From a virus, in IMG/VR virus record IMGVR_UViG_3300028920_000038, positions 1 through 64,000 of that record: DNA of 64,000 nucleotides, one strand, 5' to 3'. A program made the position numbers and the translations under genes. Shown here piece by piece: positions 39,226-48,101 of the stretch (its first letter is position 1; every line of letters starts with the position of its first letter). Below the pieces are notes generated by a model that had not been told where the DNA came from, searched no databases, and worked only from the letters and a program-made list of their open reading frames with translations.

Positions 39226-39915
39226 ATGGCTGAAATAATAAGCGAAGATATGTTTGGTGACATCCTAAAGAGTGGACCATCGCAATTCATTTACCCTCCT
39301 AAAGAGGGAGAGCCAGAGATTGTAGTAGTATTTCAATCGAGTATATCAATTACGAATCCTGGCGATGAAGATGTGTTGGGTAAGATTTGGGATCCACCAA
39401 CAGAAGATGCAAACGGAAATCCAATTATAGATAAGTTCGGACCGAATAAAGGGAACCCTATGCAACCTTGGGCTAAAGTAGAAGCACAGGTTACTAAAGG
39501 AGGCTCTCCTAGTGTACTTACTTTTGGAAGAAAGAACGGAGCATTCCTTAGAGAATTTGGTATAAAGATGAATGAAGAAGATATTACCAACCAAGATCTT
39601 AAAGGAACCAAATGGTCTATACAAAGGACTGGAAGGTATAATTGGTCAATCGAATATCTAGGAAGGGAGGAGTCTGACTCCTCTACTCCTAAAGAAGAGA
39701 AGAAAGAAAATAAGGATTTAGAAAGTATAAAATCAAGTTTAGTTAGTTTAAAATCTGGAAATCCAGATGTAGCTAAAGGTGTAGATAAAAACCAACTTAT
39801 GCAAAATTTGGTATTCATAACTGGATTAAAACCTGATGCAATTAAAAGTAATTGGGATAAACTAATTAAAGAGAAAATTATAGAAGAAAAAGACAACACA
39901 GTTAAGGTGCTATAA
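39226..39915 (+). CDS. Hypothetical protein, possible ssDNA-binding protein (beta domain + linker + C-terminal helical domain)
   Basis: First gene of the recombination cluster; architecture reminiscent of RPA32-like proteins. Inference only. Confidence 0.35.
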   Translation: MAEIISEDMFGDILKSGPSQFIYPPKEGEPEIVVVFQSSISITNPGDEDVLGKIWDPPTEDANGNPIIDKFGPNKGNPMQPWAKVEAQVTKGGSPSVLTFGRKNGAFLREFGIKMNEEDITNQDLKGTKWSIQRTGRYNWSIEYLGREESDSSTPKEEKKENKDLESIKSSLVSLKSGNPDVAKGVDKNQLMQNLVFITGLKPDAIKSNWDKLIKEKIIEEKDNTVKVL

Positions 39916-40141
39916 TGGCAAATGTAAAATCACCTTGGGATACTAAATTCCTAAGAGAGACTCCTTTCATAGCATTCGGATCTATGATGAATGCATATGG
40001 TAGAATGAATGAAGGTAAAGAAATCACTCCAGAGGAATTTGAGAAGATAGCCAATAAATTATTCCAAATCGCTAAAGGATATGCAATAGCTGCATTCGGT
40101 GCTGCATCTACAGATGATGAAGTAGACCTACCTGTGAAACA

Positions 40142-40696
40142 ATGAAATTAGAGAAAATATTATCTGAACATATAAATAAAAGTAAACCAAAATATACAAG
40201 AGAATTAGGAAGATATTGGGCTACTGATATCAATTCAATAAAGAAAGGATACCTTACTCCAGATAACTTCTTTGTTAGTAAAGATATTAATATAGACGGA
40301 GTTAGGATGATACTAACTGGTATGGCCTATGAAGATATGCTCACCAAGATATTTAAAGAAGGTGGAGTTGATTGTAGTCCTCAAGAGAAAAAGGTCATGA
40401 AAATTACAGAGGAAATAGATCTGGTTGTTAAACCTGATTATGTGTTTCCAGACTTTGTTGTTGAAACTAAATATCCATTCTCTGTGATGAAACCTAATAG
40501 TATACCAGATAGATATAAATATCAATTAGAGTGTGAGTATAGGGCATTTGAAAGACCAGTTTATTTGGGAACATTCTCTGCTCCTTTTAATGTTACATTT
40601 ACTTTGTATCATCCTTCAAAGAATATCTGGAAGAATATACAAAAGACCTTGGTAGATTTTCATGAACAGCTTAAGAAGAAGCAAAATGAAATATGA
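40142..40696 (+). CDS. PD-(D/E)XK (Cas4-like) exonuclease
   Basis: G...E, KPDY...VVETK...YQL motifs. Confidence 0.75.
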   Translation: MKLEKILSEHINKSKPKYTRELGRYWATDINSIKKGYLTPDNFFVSKDINIDGVRMILTGMAYEDMLTKIFKEGGVDCSPQEKKVMKITEEIDLVVKPDYVFPDFVVETKYPFSVMKPNSIPDRYKYQLECEYRAFERPVYLGTFSAPFNVTFTLYHPSKNIWKNIQKTLVDFHEQLKKKQNEI

Positions 40697-41733
40697 TATT
40701 AAAGAGTTTATATTATGATCCAAACGGAATTGCAAGAGGAATTGTTGAGAACAATAGTAGGCAATATAACGTCTCCATCTGTCGTGAATTTAACCGTAGT
40801 TGGTGTTCATGCGCCTACAATCTTTTCAATAAGAGTCCTTGCAAACACATAATGTTTTTACTTGGTGAAGTGGATTTGAATAAAATGGTAAAGAAGAAAA
40901 TTTTAGATAGATTAGAAACAGGTTGTAAAACAATAGATGATCTTCTAGCTGGAGGTGTTCCATACTCTATTGTATCTGGAGTATATGGTAAACCAATGGC
41001 TGGTAAGTCGATGTTTTGTTATCAGATAGCTCTTGCTAACATTAAAGATAATGATAGAAAAGTTCTGTATATAGATACAGAAGGAATTAGAGTTACTGAT
41101 ATTAGAAGATTAATGTATAAATTTGGTGAGAGATTTGATTTAAAACCAGAAGAGATTAATAATAAAATAGAAATTATTAGTACTCTTGGTGATGTTCAAT
41201 TAAAATCTCTACAGAAATTGTTTAGAATGTTCGGTGAAATGGTTACACTCGATCAGTCAAAAGGAGGTAAATACACTCCTCACTTTGAAGTTTGTCATCC
41301 TACATATGATGATAAGAAGCTTGGAGAATATTCTATGATTATCATTGATTCATTATCAAAACCAATCAAAGATGCCATAGGTTCTAATACACCTAATCTA
41401 CCTGCTAGATCTCAGATACAGGAGAGACTATTCGGTATGCTAACACACAAAGCTATGATGCATAATCTAGCAATTATAATTAATCATCATACTACAAGAA
41501 ATCCTGCTATGCCTTTCGGTGAAGACTTCGGAACTCCTTCTGGTGGAGATGCTATTATGTATAATACCAAATATGTCCTGGAATTCTGGACAGCTACTAA
41601 TAAGATTAAGAATGATTCCAATTGGGGTATTGAAGCAAGACGAGTTAGATTATTCCGACATCCAACAGAACAAGTTACTGGAGAATGGCAAGTAGTAAGG
41701 CTCAAGAAAGATTACGGATATACGGATGAATAA
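40693..41733 (+). CDS. radB: RadA/RadB-like recombinase with N-terminal SWIM zinc finger
   Basis: WCSC......PCKHI (SWIM); LETGCKTIDDLLAGG, Walker A GKPMAGKS, YIDTEG, Walker B IIIDS. Confidence 0.85.
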   Translation: MILKSLYYDPNGIARGIVENNSRQYNVSICREFNRSWCSCAYNLFNKSPCKHIMFLLGEVDLNKMVKKKILDRLETGCKTIDDLLAGGVPYSIVSGVYGKPMAGKSMFCYQIALANIKDNDRKVLYIDTEGIRVTDIRRLMYKFGERFDLKPEEINNKIEIISTLGDVQLKSLQKLFRMFGEMVTLDQSKGGKYTPHFEVCHPTYDDKKLGEYSMIIIDSLSKPIKDAIGSNTPNLPARSQIQERLFGMLTHKAMMHNLAIIINHHTTRNPAMPFGEDFGTPSGGDAIMYNTKYVLEFWTATNKIKNDSNWGIEARRVRLFRHPTEQVTGEWQVVRLKKDYGYTDE

Positions 41734-42475
41734 AGATATGTATAGTGTGTTTAGAGATAAAGTAAAAATACTCGAAAGAGAATTTAAAAAAAGATTCGGT
41801 GATAAAGACTACACTGTTAATATAACTATGTGGAATGACGAAGATTTTCAGATAATCTTGTGGTATTCTACAGGAAATAGACTGATTCATAGATTATCTT
41901 TATCCTCAGATAATTCAGATATATTGTATTCAAAGGAAAAGATATGATTGATATTAATAGAATTAAAGAGATAGCAAAGAAGATAGCAAGAAATGACAAA
42001 AAATGGGTGATAAATAAAAAATGAAATGTCCTGAATGTGGAAAAGAACTTGGCGAAGGAAGTTATGTGGATATGATTCGCATAGGTTGGTGTTGTTCTGA
42101 TTGTAATGTAAAAATTTATAAAGAGATTTATGAGTAATAATTATGGTTATAGTATGTCCTAATTGTGGCTATCATATAAAATTAAGCAGCAGTCTAATTC
42201 ATTATATAAATGAATGTCCGAAGTGTGGAACATTCTTATCAAATGACGGAGTTGGTTGTTATAAGTAGAGTAAGACAAACATGTATTAAAAGAGCAGCAC
42301 TAGAGATTATGGAACGATTTCCAGATAAACTTGGAGGATCTTTTGAAATGAATAGAGAATTCATACGTTCCGTAATGAATGGTAACAAGAGATTAATAAA
42401 TAGAATATCGGGATATACAGTGAGATTATATAATAAGAAAAAGAAGAATGCAGAATCCATTACAAAGGGATATGT

Positions 42476-42931
42476 ATGAGAACACGTGTAACAAGAAAAC
42501 ATATCGAAAGTGCTAAAAAGAAATTAGAAGGTAAACATAGGTGCCTTTATTGTAATTATGCACATGATGATATAGAAGTATTAAAAAGACATGAAGCTAA
42601 AATGCACGGATGTTTTAGAGATAAGAATCCAAGACATCCATCAGTTAAATCAGAACAATTAAAAACCAGACCTAAAGGACCACCTTCTGAAGATAGAATA
42701 CTTAAACGAGCAGATGTATTCAAAGTTGGTGATATTGGTATTTGTGTAACTTACGAATGGGATGATAAGATAGAAAAATACCGAATGTATACAGATGATT
42801 TAAAATACAGAGATCATTTAGAAATTGTAGAAAAAGAAGGTCTAAAAGAATTTGGTATTAAAGATATAGAAAATCTAAGAGAAGAGTATAAGAACAGGCA
42901 CACTAATAAGGACGTGATTAAATTAGAGTAA
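42476..42931 (+). CDS. C2H2 zinc-finger-containing protein
   Basis: HRCLYC...LKRHEAKMH. Confidence 0.6.
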   Translation: MRTRVTRKHIESAKKKLEGKHRCLYCNYAHDDIEVLKRHEAKMHGCFRDKNPRHPSVKSEQLKTRPKGPPSEDRILKRADVFKVGDIGICVTYEWDDKIEKYRMYTDDLKYRDHLEIVEKEGLKEFGIKDIENLREEYKNRHTNKDVIKLE

Positions 42932-43146
42932 TTGATTATCTTAAGTGTGAATGTGGAGGATTATTCTATCAAAGAAATATTTCTGAAAGCAGATCAGAAC
43001 CATTTAAGATTGTAAGGTCTAGAAAATGTAATAAGTGTGGTAAAGTAGTACGTACTATTGAAATTACATTAGAATCTTACGATCAATCTGTGTCATTATT
43101 GAATAAAATTATTGAACTTATTAAGACCACCCAGTTAAAAAAATAG
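42922..43146 (+). CDS. Unannotated Zn-ribbon protein (NrdR N-terminus-like), ATT start
   Basis: IRVIDYLKCECGG...VRSRKCNKCGKVVRTIE; in-frame TAA at 42919, and the first canonical start lies after the Zn ribbon. Confidence 0.6.
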   Translation: MRVIDYLKCECGGLFYQRNISESRSEPFKIVRSRKCNKCGKVVRTIEITLESYDQSVSLLNKIIELIKTTQLKK

Positions 43147-43226
43147 TCAAAAATTTAGTTACTGTGCTTAAATTTTAGTCGAAAATTAGTTACAGTAACA
43201 TGTAAAAATAAAACGAATGGTATAGT

Positions 43227-43517
43227 ATGGACCTGAATGAATTACGTGATATTTGTCATAAAATTGCAGTAGAGAAAGGTTTTTGGGAATCAAGCAAATC
43301 TACACCGATTAAGCTAATGTTAATAGTATCTGAATTAGGTGAAGCTTGTGAAGCTGATCGTAATGACGATTACGATAATTTCCGAGAAGAAATTGCAGAT
43401 ACATTCATAAGACTATTAGATCTTTGTGGACATTTGAATATAGATATTGAATACGAAATAGATAAGAAAATGGACACAAATAGAAAGAGAGCTAGACTAC
43501 ATGGAAAAAGATATTAA
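43227..43517 (+). CDS. mazG: MazG-like nucleotide pyrophosphohydrolase
   Basis: SELGEACEA.R...EEIADTFIRLLDL. Confidence 0.85.
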   Translation: MDLNELRDICHKIAVEKGFWESSKSTPIKLMLIVSELGEACEADRNDDYDNFREEIADTFIRLLDLCGHLNIDIEYEIDKKMDTNRKRARLHGKRY

Positions 43518-43735
43518 TGAAAAAAGGGGAAGTATATAAAATAGAATCGATGCCTTGTGGTCACAAGTGTTATTCAAGATTCTGTTCAATGGGAATTATT
43601 AAAGGACAGGAATTCACAGTTAAAGAATGTGAACCATATGGTCCTATAGTTATAGATGTTAAAGGAATAACATATTCTATAGGACGTGGAATGTTAGGTC
43701 ATTTGGGATTAGTAAAGATAGGTGATGCTAAATAA
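43517..43735 (+). CDS. feoA: FeoA domain protein
   Basis: RFCSMGIIKGQEFTV....PYGPIVIDVKG....IGRG matches FeoA. Confidence 0.75.
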   Translation: MKKGEVYKIESMPCGHKCYSRFCSMGIIKGQEFTVKECEPYGPIVIDVKGITYSIGRGMLGHLGLVKIGDAK

Positions 43736-44361
43736 TACTCTGCGATTCAAGAGAACCTGATGAATTAATTAAAAAATTAAAATGTAAATGTAATGCTAAA
43801 GAAGAATTTTTAGGAGTTGGAGATTATATATTCTCAGACGGCTACGCTATTGAAAGAAAGAAAGGACGAGATCTAATGGCATCAGTGATGTCTAATAGAT
43901 TATTTGAACAGCTAAATAACCTATATGAATATGATAATCCTATACTAGCAATTATATCAGAGAACATCTGGAGAGATTTTTATTACACAAAAAGTAAATA
44001 TATTCATAAGCAATACATAGGAGTGCTCTCAACTCTTACATGTAAGTATCCTAAACTTAAGATTGTTTACTTTGATACTGATGATTCTTTTATAGATTAT
44101 ATGGTTTCTTTGGATAAGAAACTAAATGAAGATGGTAAAAAAGAAAGACCTGCACCTGTAATGAGAAAAGCAAAGAGTATACAAATGAGAAAAGAGAATG
44201 CATTAACTGCAGCAGAAGGTGTAGGAATTCCTATGGCTAAAAAATTATTAAAGAAGTATGGATCTATAATTCAAATAGCTAGTGCTGAAGATGATGATAT
44301 GTTAAAAATTGATAAGTTAGGAAAGAAAACTGTTAAAAATATTAAGGAGTTGTTAAATTAG
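43732..44361 (+). CDS. ERCC4/XPF (Hef/Mus81-like) nuclease + HhH; start extended to ATA at 43732
   Basis: CDSRE...GVGDY....AIERKK..DL..S...RLFEQL and GVGIPMAKKLL...KLGKK; the catalytic motifs lie upstream of the track's 43876 ATG. Confidence 0.85.
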   Translation: MILCDSREPDELIKKLKCKCNAKEEFLGVGDYIFSDGYAIERKKGRDLMASVMSNRLFEQLNNLYEYDNPILAIISENIWRDFYYTKSKYIHKQYIGVLSTLTCKYPKLKIVYFDTDDSFIDYMVSLDKKLNEDGKKERPAPVMRKAKSIQMRKENALTAAEGVGIPMAKKLLKKYGSIIQIASAEDDDMLKIDKLGKKTVKNIKELLN

Positions 44362-44645
44362 TGACCAAGAAATCAGAGACATTAAAAGAAGAAATAGAGA
44401 AACTGATTCAAGAGAGAGATTCATTAGCACTTAAAATTAATAATCTAAATGGTAAGATAGATTTAAAGACTGATGAATATTTCGAGAGTAGTGATAACTA
44501 CGTAAAAATTAAATGTCCAAACTGTGGAGGACGAGGATATGTCCAAAACCAAGAAACAGGAAAAAAGATTGTTTGCAAAGGATGCAATACCAAAGGGTAC
44601 ATCTGGTTGGAGAAATTTGAAGAATCAAAAGCGTCAGATAATTAA
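44361..44645 (+). CDS. Coiled coil + DnaJ-type Zn finger
   Basis: CPNCGGRG...CKGCNTKG. Confidence 0.7.
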   Translation: MTKKSETLKEEIEKLIQERDSLALKINNLNGKIDLKTDEYFESSDNYVKIKCPNCGGRGYVQNQETGKKIVCKGCNTKGYIWLEKFEESKASDN

Positions 44646-44856
44646 ATCTGCCATTGAATGTTTTGTATCATTAATACTTATATTAGCTTGTACAGCTATT
44701 ATATACTTTCCATTGGTGTACCTAATTAATAATGGATATGTTATACATCCAGATAATTTATGGCTATTCTATGCAGGTTGTTTATTACTAGGATATCTGT
44801 TAGCAAATATATTATATAAACTATATGAATATTTAAAATATCGATAGAGGCATAAA

Positions 44857-45234
44857 ATGTTTAGTAAGGATATAGAATTGTCTTTTAAAAGAAAAACAGG
44901 CAGATGTTCTGTTACTATAACTAGTAATGGAGTCAAAGATTTCTATGTAGTATCTAAAAAAGATATTGACAGAATGGATTTAAATAAATCAGATCTATTC
45001 TTTAAATTCATAGACACAGAATTAAATGGAGAAAGAACAATTATATGGAATAAAGAAGCTATTGATAGCATTCTTATAGAAGAAGAATATACTATAGACA
45101 GTATGAAATGTAGAGATCAGGAAGAAGCCGAGAGTGTTATCAGTGAAATGGAAAAGAATAATTGGAATATAGAATTAATTATTTGTGAAGATGATAAAAT
45201 ATTAAAAGACTTAAAAAGAAAATATATCAAATAA
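44857..45234 (+). CDS. Hypothetical protein
   Basis: ORF track; GAGG SD. Confidence 0.65.
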   Translation: MFSKDIELSFKRKTGRCSVTITSNGVKDFYVVSKKDIDRMDLNKSDLFFKFIDTELNGERTIIWNKEAIDSILIEEEYTIDSMKCRDQEEAESVISEMEKNNWNIELIICEDDKILKDLKRKYIK

Positions 45235-45259
45235 ACTAAAAAAAGGATGTAGACACAAA

Positions 45260-46054
45260 ATGGAAATAATAGAAGTAGAAGTTCCAAAAAATATGGACCT
45301 GTATTTTATAGGTGATACTCACATACCTAGAGGTAAGCTGAGTAAATTTAAGGCTGTTATACAAGAGATACGAAAATGTAAGGATGCCAAGGTAATTGGT
45401 TTAGGAGATTGGATTGAAGCAATTAAGTTTGGAGATCCTAGATACGATCCTGAAGAAGCAGCAGATCAAATAAAAGAGAATGACGGATATATCAATATGA
45501 TAAATGAACAGTGGGAAAAGTTTGAAGATATCATAAGACCAATAGCAGAGCAGGATAAGATTCTAGGATTACACCAAGGAAATCACGAATATCAGTACAC
45601 GAAGAGACATAGTCACAATGGCCTAAAGGAAATGTGTAAGAGATTAAGCATTAGATATTTGGATTATCTTCCTACAGTTTGGAGATTCAAATATGGAAAA
45701 ACTGAAACTAAAGCTATGACATTACATGGTATAGGATCTGGTGTAGCAGAAGGATACGAAGTGAGACAATTGGATAAACATTCAAGGATATTTGATGAAG
45801 TCGATTTAATAGCAGAAGGTCATACACATAAGTTAACTGTTAGTGTTACTTCTGATAGATTAAGAATTACTAAAGACAACGATCTGAAACAGAACATACA
45901 ATGGCGTTGTGCTTGTGGATCCTTCCTTGGAAACTACGATGTAGGAAAATCATCTTATTCAGAGAGAGCATTATATAAACCATTACCTATAGGATATGTT
46001 AAAGCTAGATTTGAATCAGCTAAATTAATAAATGCAATAGCAGTTCCGGTATAA
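45260..46054 (+). CDS. Metallophosphoesterase (calcineurin-like; possible nuclease)
   Basis: GDTH, GDW, GNHE, H, GHTH. Confidence 0.85.
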   Translation: MEIIEVEVPKNMDLYFIGDTHIPRGKLSKFKAVIQEIRKCKDAKVIGLGDWIEAIKFGDPRYDPEEAADQIKENDGYINMINEQWEKFEDIIRPIAEQDKILGLHQGNHEYQYTKRHSHNGLKEMCKRLSIRYLDYLPTVWRFKYGKTETKAMTLHGIGSGVAEGYEVRQLDKHSRIFDEVDLIAEGHTHKLTVSVTSDRLRITKDNDLKQNIQWRCACGSFLGNYDVGKSSYSERALYKPLPIGYVKARFESAKLINAIAVPV

Positions 46055-46256
46055 TGAAAGAATATGAAAGAGAGCACTATACATTAAGAGCATATAAAGA
46101 TGAGAGTTATGCTCTCGAAGTGTACGATCCTGTTCTTAGAACTTCAAAGTCTTACTACGATTCTTCTTGGGAGAAGCTATATCATAAAGCAAAAGAAGAA
46201 GCTTCTAATGGAAAAAGCTGTAAGATCTTTGAATTAAAGTATGAGTTTGAATATTA

Positions 46257-46508
46257 ATGAGACCATACGACAGATTTGAAATTGGAGATATAATAGAATT
46301 TAAATATAGAAATTATCCGGAAAGAGGATATATTATATTTAAAGTTATGGATAAAAAGACTAATCCATATGTAATGTATAAATTAAAACAATTAGCTAAC
46401 AAATCAAATATACATATAAACTTTGAAAATGGATGGCAATCATTTAATTTCAAGTATCATATATGTGAAAAAAAGAAAAGAGATGAAATAACGGTTGATT
46501 TATTATGA
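46257..46508 (+). CDS. Small SH3-like protein with shared C-terminal motif
   Basis: FEIGDII; ends KRDEITVDLL*. Confidence 0.6.
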   Translation: MRPYDRFEIGDIIEFKYRNYPERGYIIFKVMDKKTNPYVMYKLKQLANKSNIHINFENGWQSFNFKYHICEKKKRDEITVDLL

Positions 46509-46816
46509 GCCACTTTAAATGTGATTGTAAAGAATTTTGTAGACACAAACCCTATGCAGAAATTTATTATCCTTCAACAGAAGAAGAGGAAGGCAAATGG
46601 TTTTACGCTTGCTTTTATCATCTGTTAGTTTTAAAGATAAAGAGATTCTTTGGTAAAACTAAACCCTTTGGCTGGTGTAAAGTAGATACAGATAGAGAAA
46701 CTTTAGAGAGAATACTCGATGAAATATACTCAATACAAAGTGATCTGTGGGATATTAAAGAGGAAATGGGTTTAAATGAAGAAGTATCTTTTGATGATTT
46801 TGGAGTATATCAATAG

Positions 46817-47707
46817 ATGAATATGACAGACTTATTTAGTATCCCTTTCGGTCATAGAAAGATTGGTTATTGGAATGGAGGATTCGGAGGTCAATCTAAA
46901 GTATATACTAAAAAAGATATAATAGATTTTGTGGATGAACATCTAGGTATAGATAATATAGGATTATCTGTATGTACATATAAAGAAGATATTCCATATT
47001 TATTATTTCTACCATTTGACTTTGATTCTAAAGATCTTAAAAAATCATGGAAAGATGCTATTAAATTATTTAATCACTTTACTATTATAGGATTAGACTG
47101 TCACTTAACATTCTCAGGTAGAAAAGGATTTCATGTATTCCTTTCAGTAGTACCTAAGAATTATAATAAATATCTAATTAAAAAGATTCAAGTGTTCTTT
47201 AAAAAAGAATTAGGTCTCAAAACTATGGATCCAGCAATCTTCGGTCAGGATAATAGACTGATGAGAATACCTTACACCTTTAATATAGGTGGAGATATGT
47301 GTAAAGAAATACGTTGGAACAAAGGTAATCTATTAGATTTAGATATGATATTAGCAGGTCCAACTTATAAATCTTCTAGTTTAGATTATGACAAAGGAGG
47401 ATATCACAAGTATCCTTGTATAGAAAAACTTATAAGAGAAGATCCAGAACCTAGAGAGTTAATAAGACTATCTTATGTGGCTTTAAGATTAGATAAAGGA
47501 TGGACTGAAGAGGAAATTCTGGAAGAAATAAAGTCATTCGATTGGATAGACTTTGATGAAGAGAAAACAAGAAATAAGATTAGATATATAAGTGATGGTA
47601 ATTATAGACCATTAAGCTGCAAATCCATGGAAGAACGTGGATATTGTAAAGAACCTTGTAAATATAGAAATGGAGATAACGTTTTAGAGGAGGTTGGTAT
47701 ATTATGA
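46817..47707 (+). CDS. priS: Archaeo-eukaryotic primase (PriS catalytic domain fused to PriL/PriX-like C-terminal domain)
   Basis: PFDFD, FSGRKGFHVF, D..RLMRIP.T; C-terminal YPCI...SCKSM..GYCKEPC. Confidence 0.85.
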   Translation: MNMTDLFSIPFGHRKIGYWNGGFGGQSKVYTKKDIIDFVDEHLGIDNIGLSVCTYKEDIPYLLFLPFDFDSKDLKKSWKDAIKLFNHFTIIGLDCHLTFSGRKGFHVFLSVVPKNYNKYLIKKIQVFFKKELGLKTMDPAIFGQDNRLMRIPYTFNIGGDMCKEIRWNKGNLLDLDMILAGPTYKSSSLDYDKGGYHKYPCIEKLIREDPEPRELIRLSYVALRLDKGWTEEEILEEIKSFDWIDFDEEKTRNKIRYISDGNYRPLSCKSMEERGYCKEPCKYRNGDNVLEEVGIL

Positions 47708-48101
47708 GTGAAGAAGAAAGAACTTGTAGAGAATGCGGAGAACCGTTAGAAGATTACGAAGAAGATCTATGCGAAGACTGTAGAAATAATTTAGCATCAG
47801 CTATATTTAATACGGATGAAATAGACAATGAATTATTTTAATATACTGGTTTGTATCGGAGGAGTTACTCTTATAGCTTATTTATTAGCTAATAAGATGA
47901 GACATATGATGAGTCAAGTAAGATTATTTAAAACTGTTACTAAAGGCGGAGATCCAGAAGATCTTCCAGATAAAGAAGAATTACAAAATTTAATTATGAC
48001 TGTAGCTAAACAGCTACACAAAAAGAAAGAAGAAGAAAAGAAAGACGGAAATAGAGGAATGTACGGTTAATGTTATTTAGCTATAAAGAGGTATAACTGA
48101 T

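Noticed and set aside
39333-39899. Long antisense ORFs (also 9159-9566, 15689-16033, 48665-49030, 49314-49667, 49805-50170 and other short opposite-strand ORFs)
   Set aside because: They are shadows of well-supported genes on the other strand, with no SD or motifs and S/L/F/I-rich composition.
40142-40696. CRISPR-associated Cas4 / Cas operon
   Set aside because: No other cas genes or array, and the Fe-S cysteines are absent; the context is a viral recombination operon.
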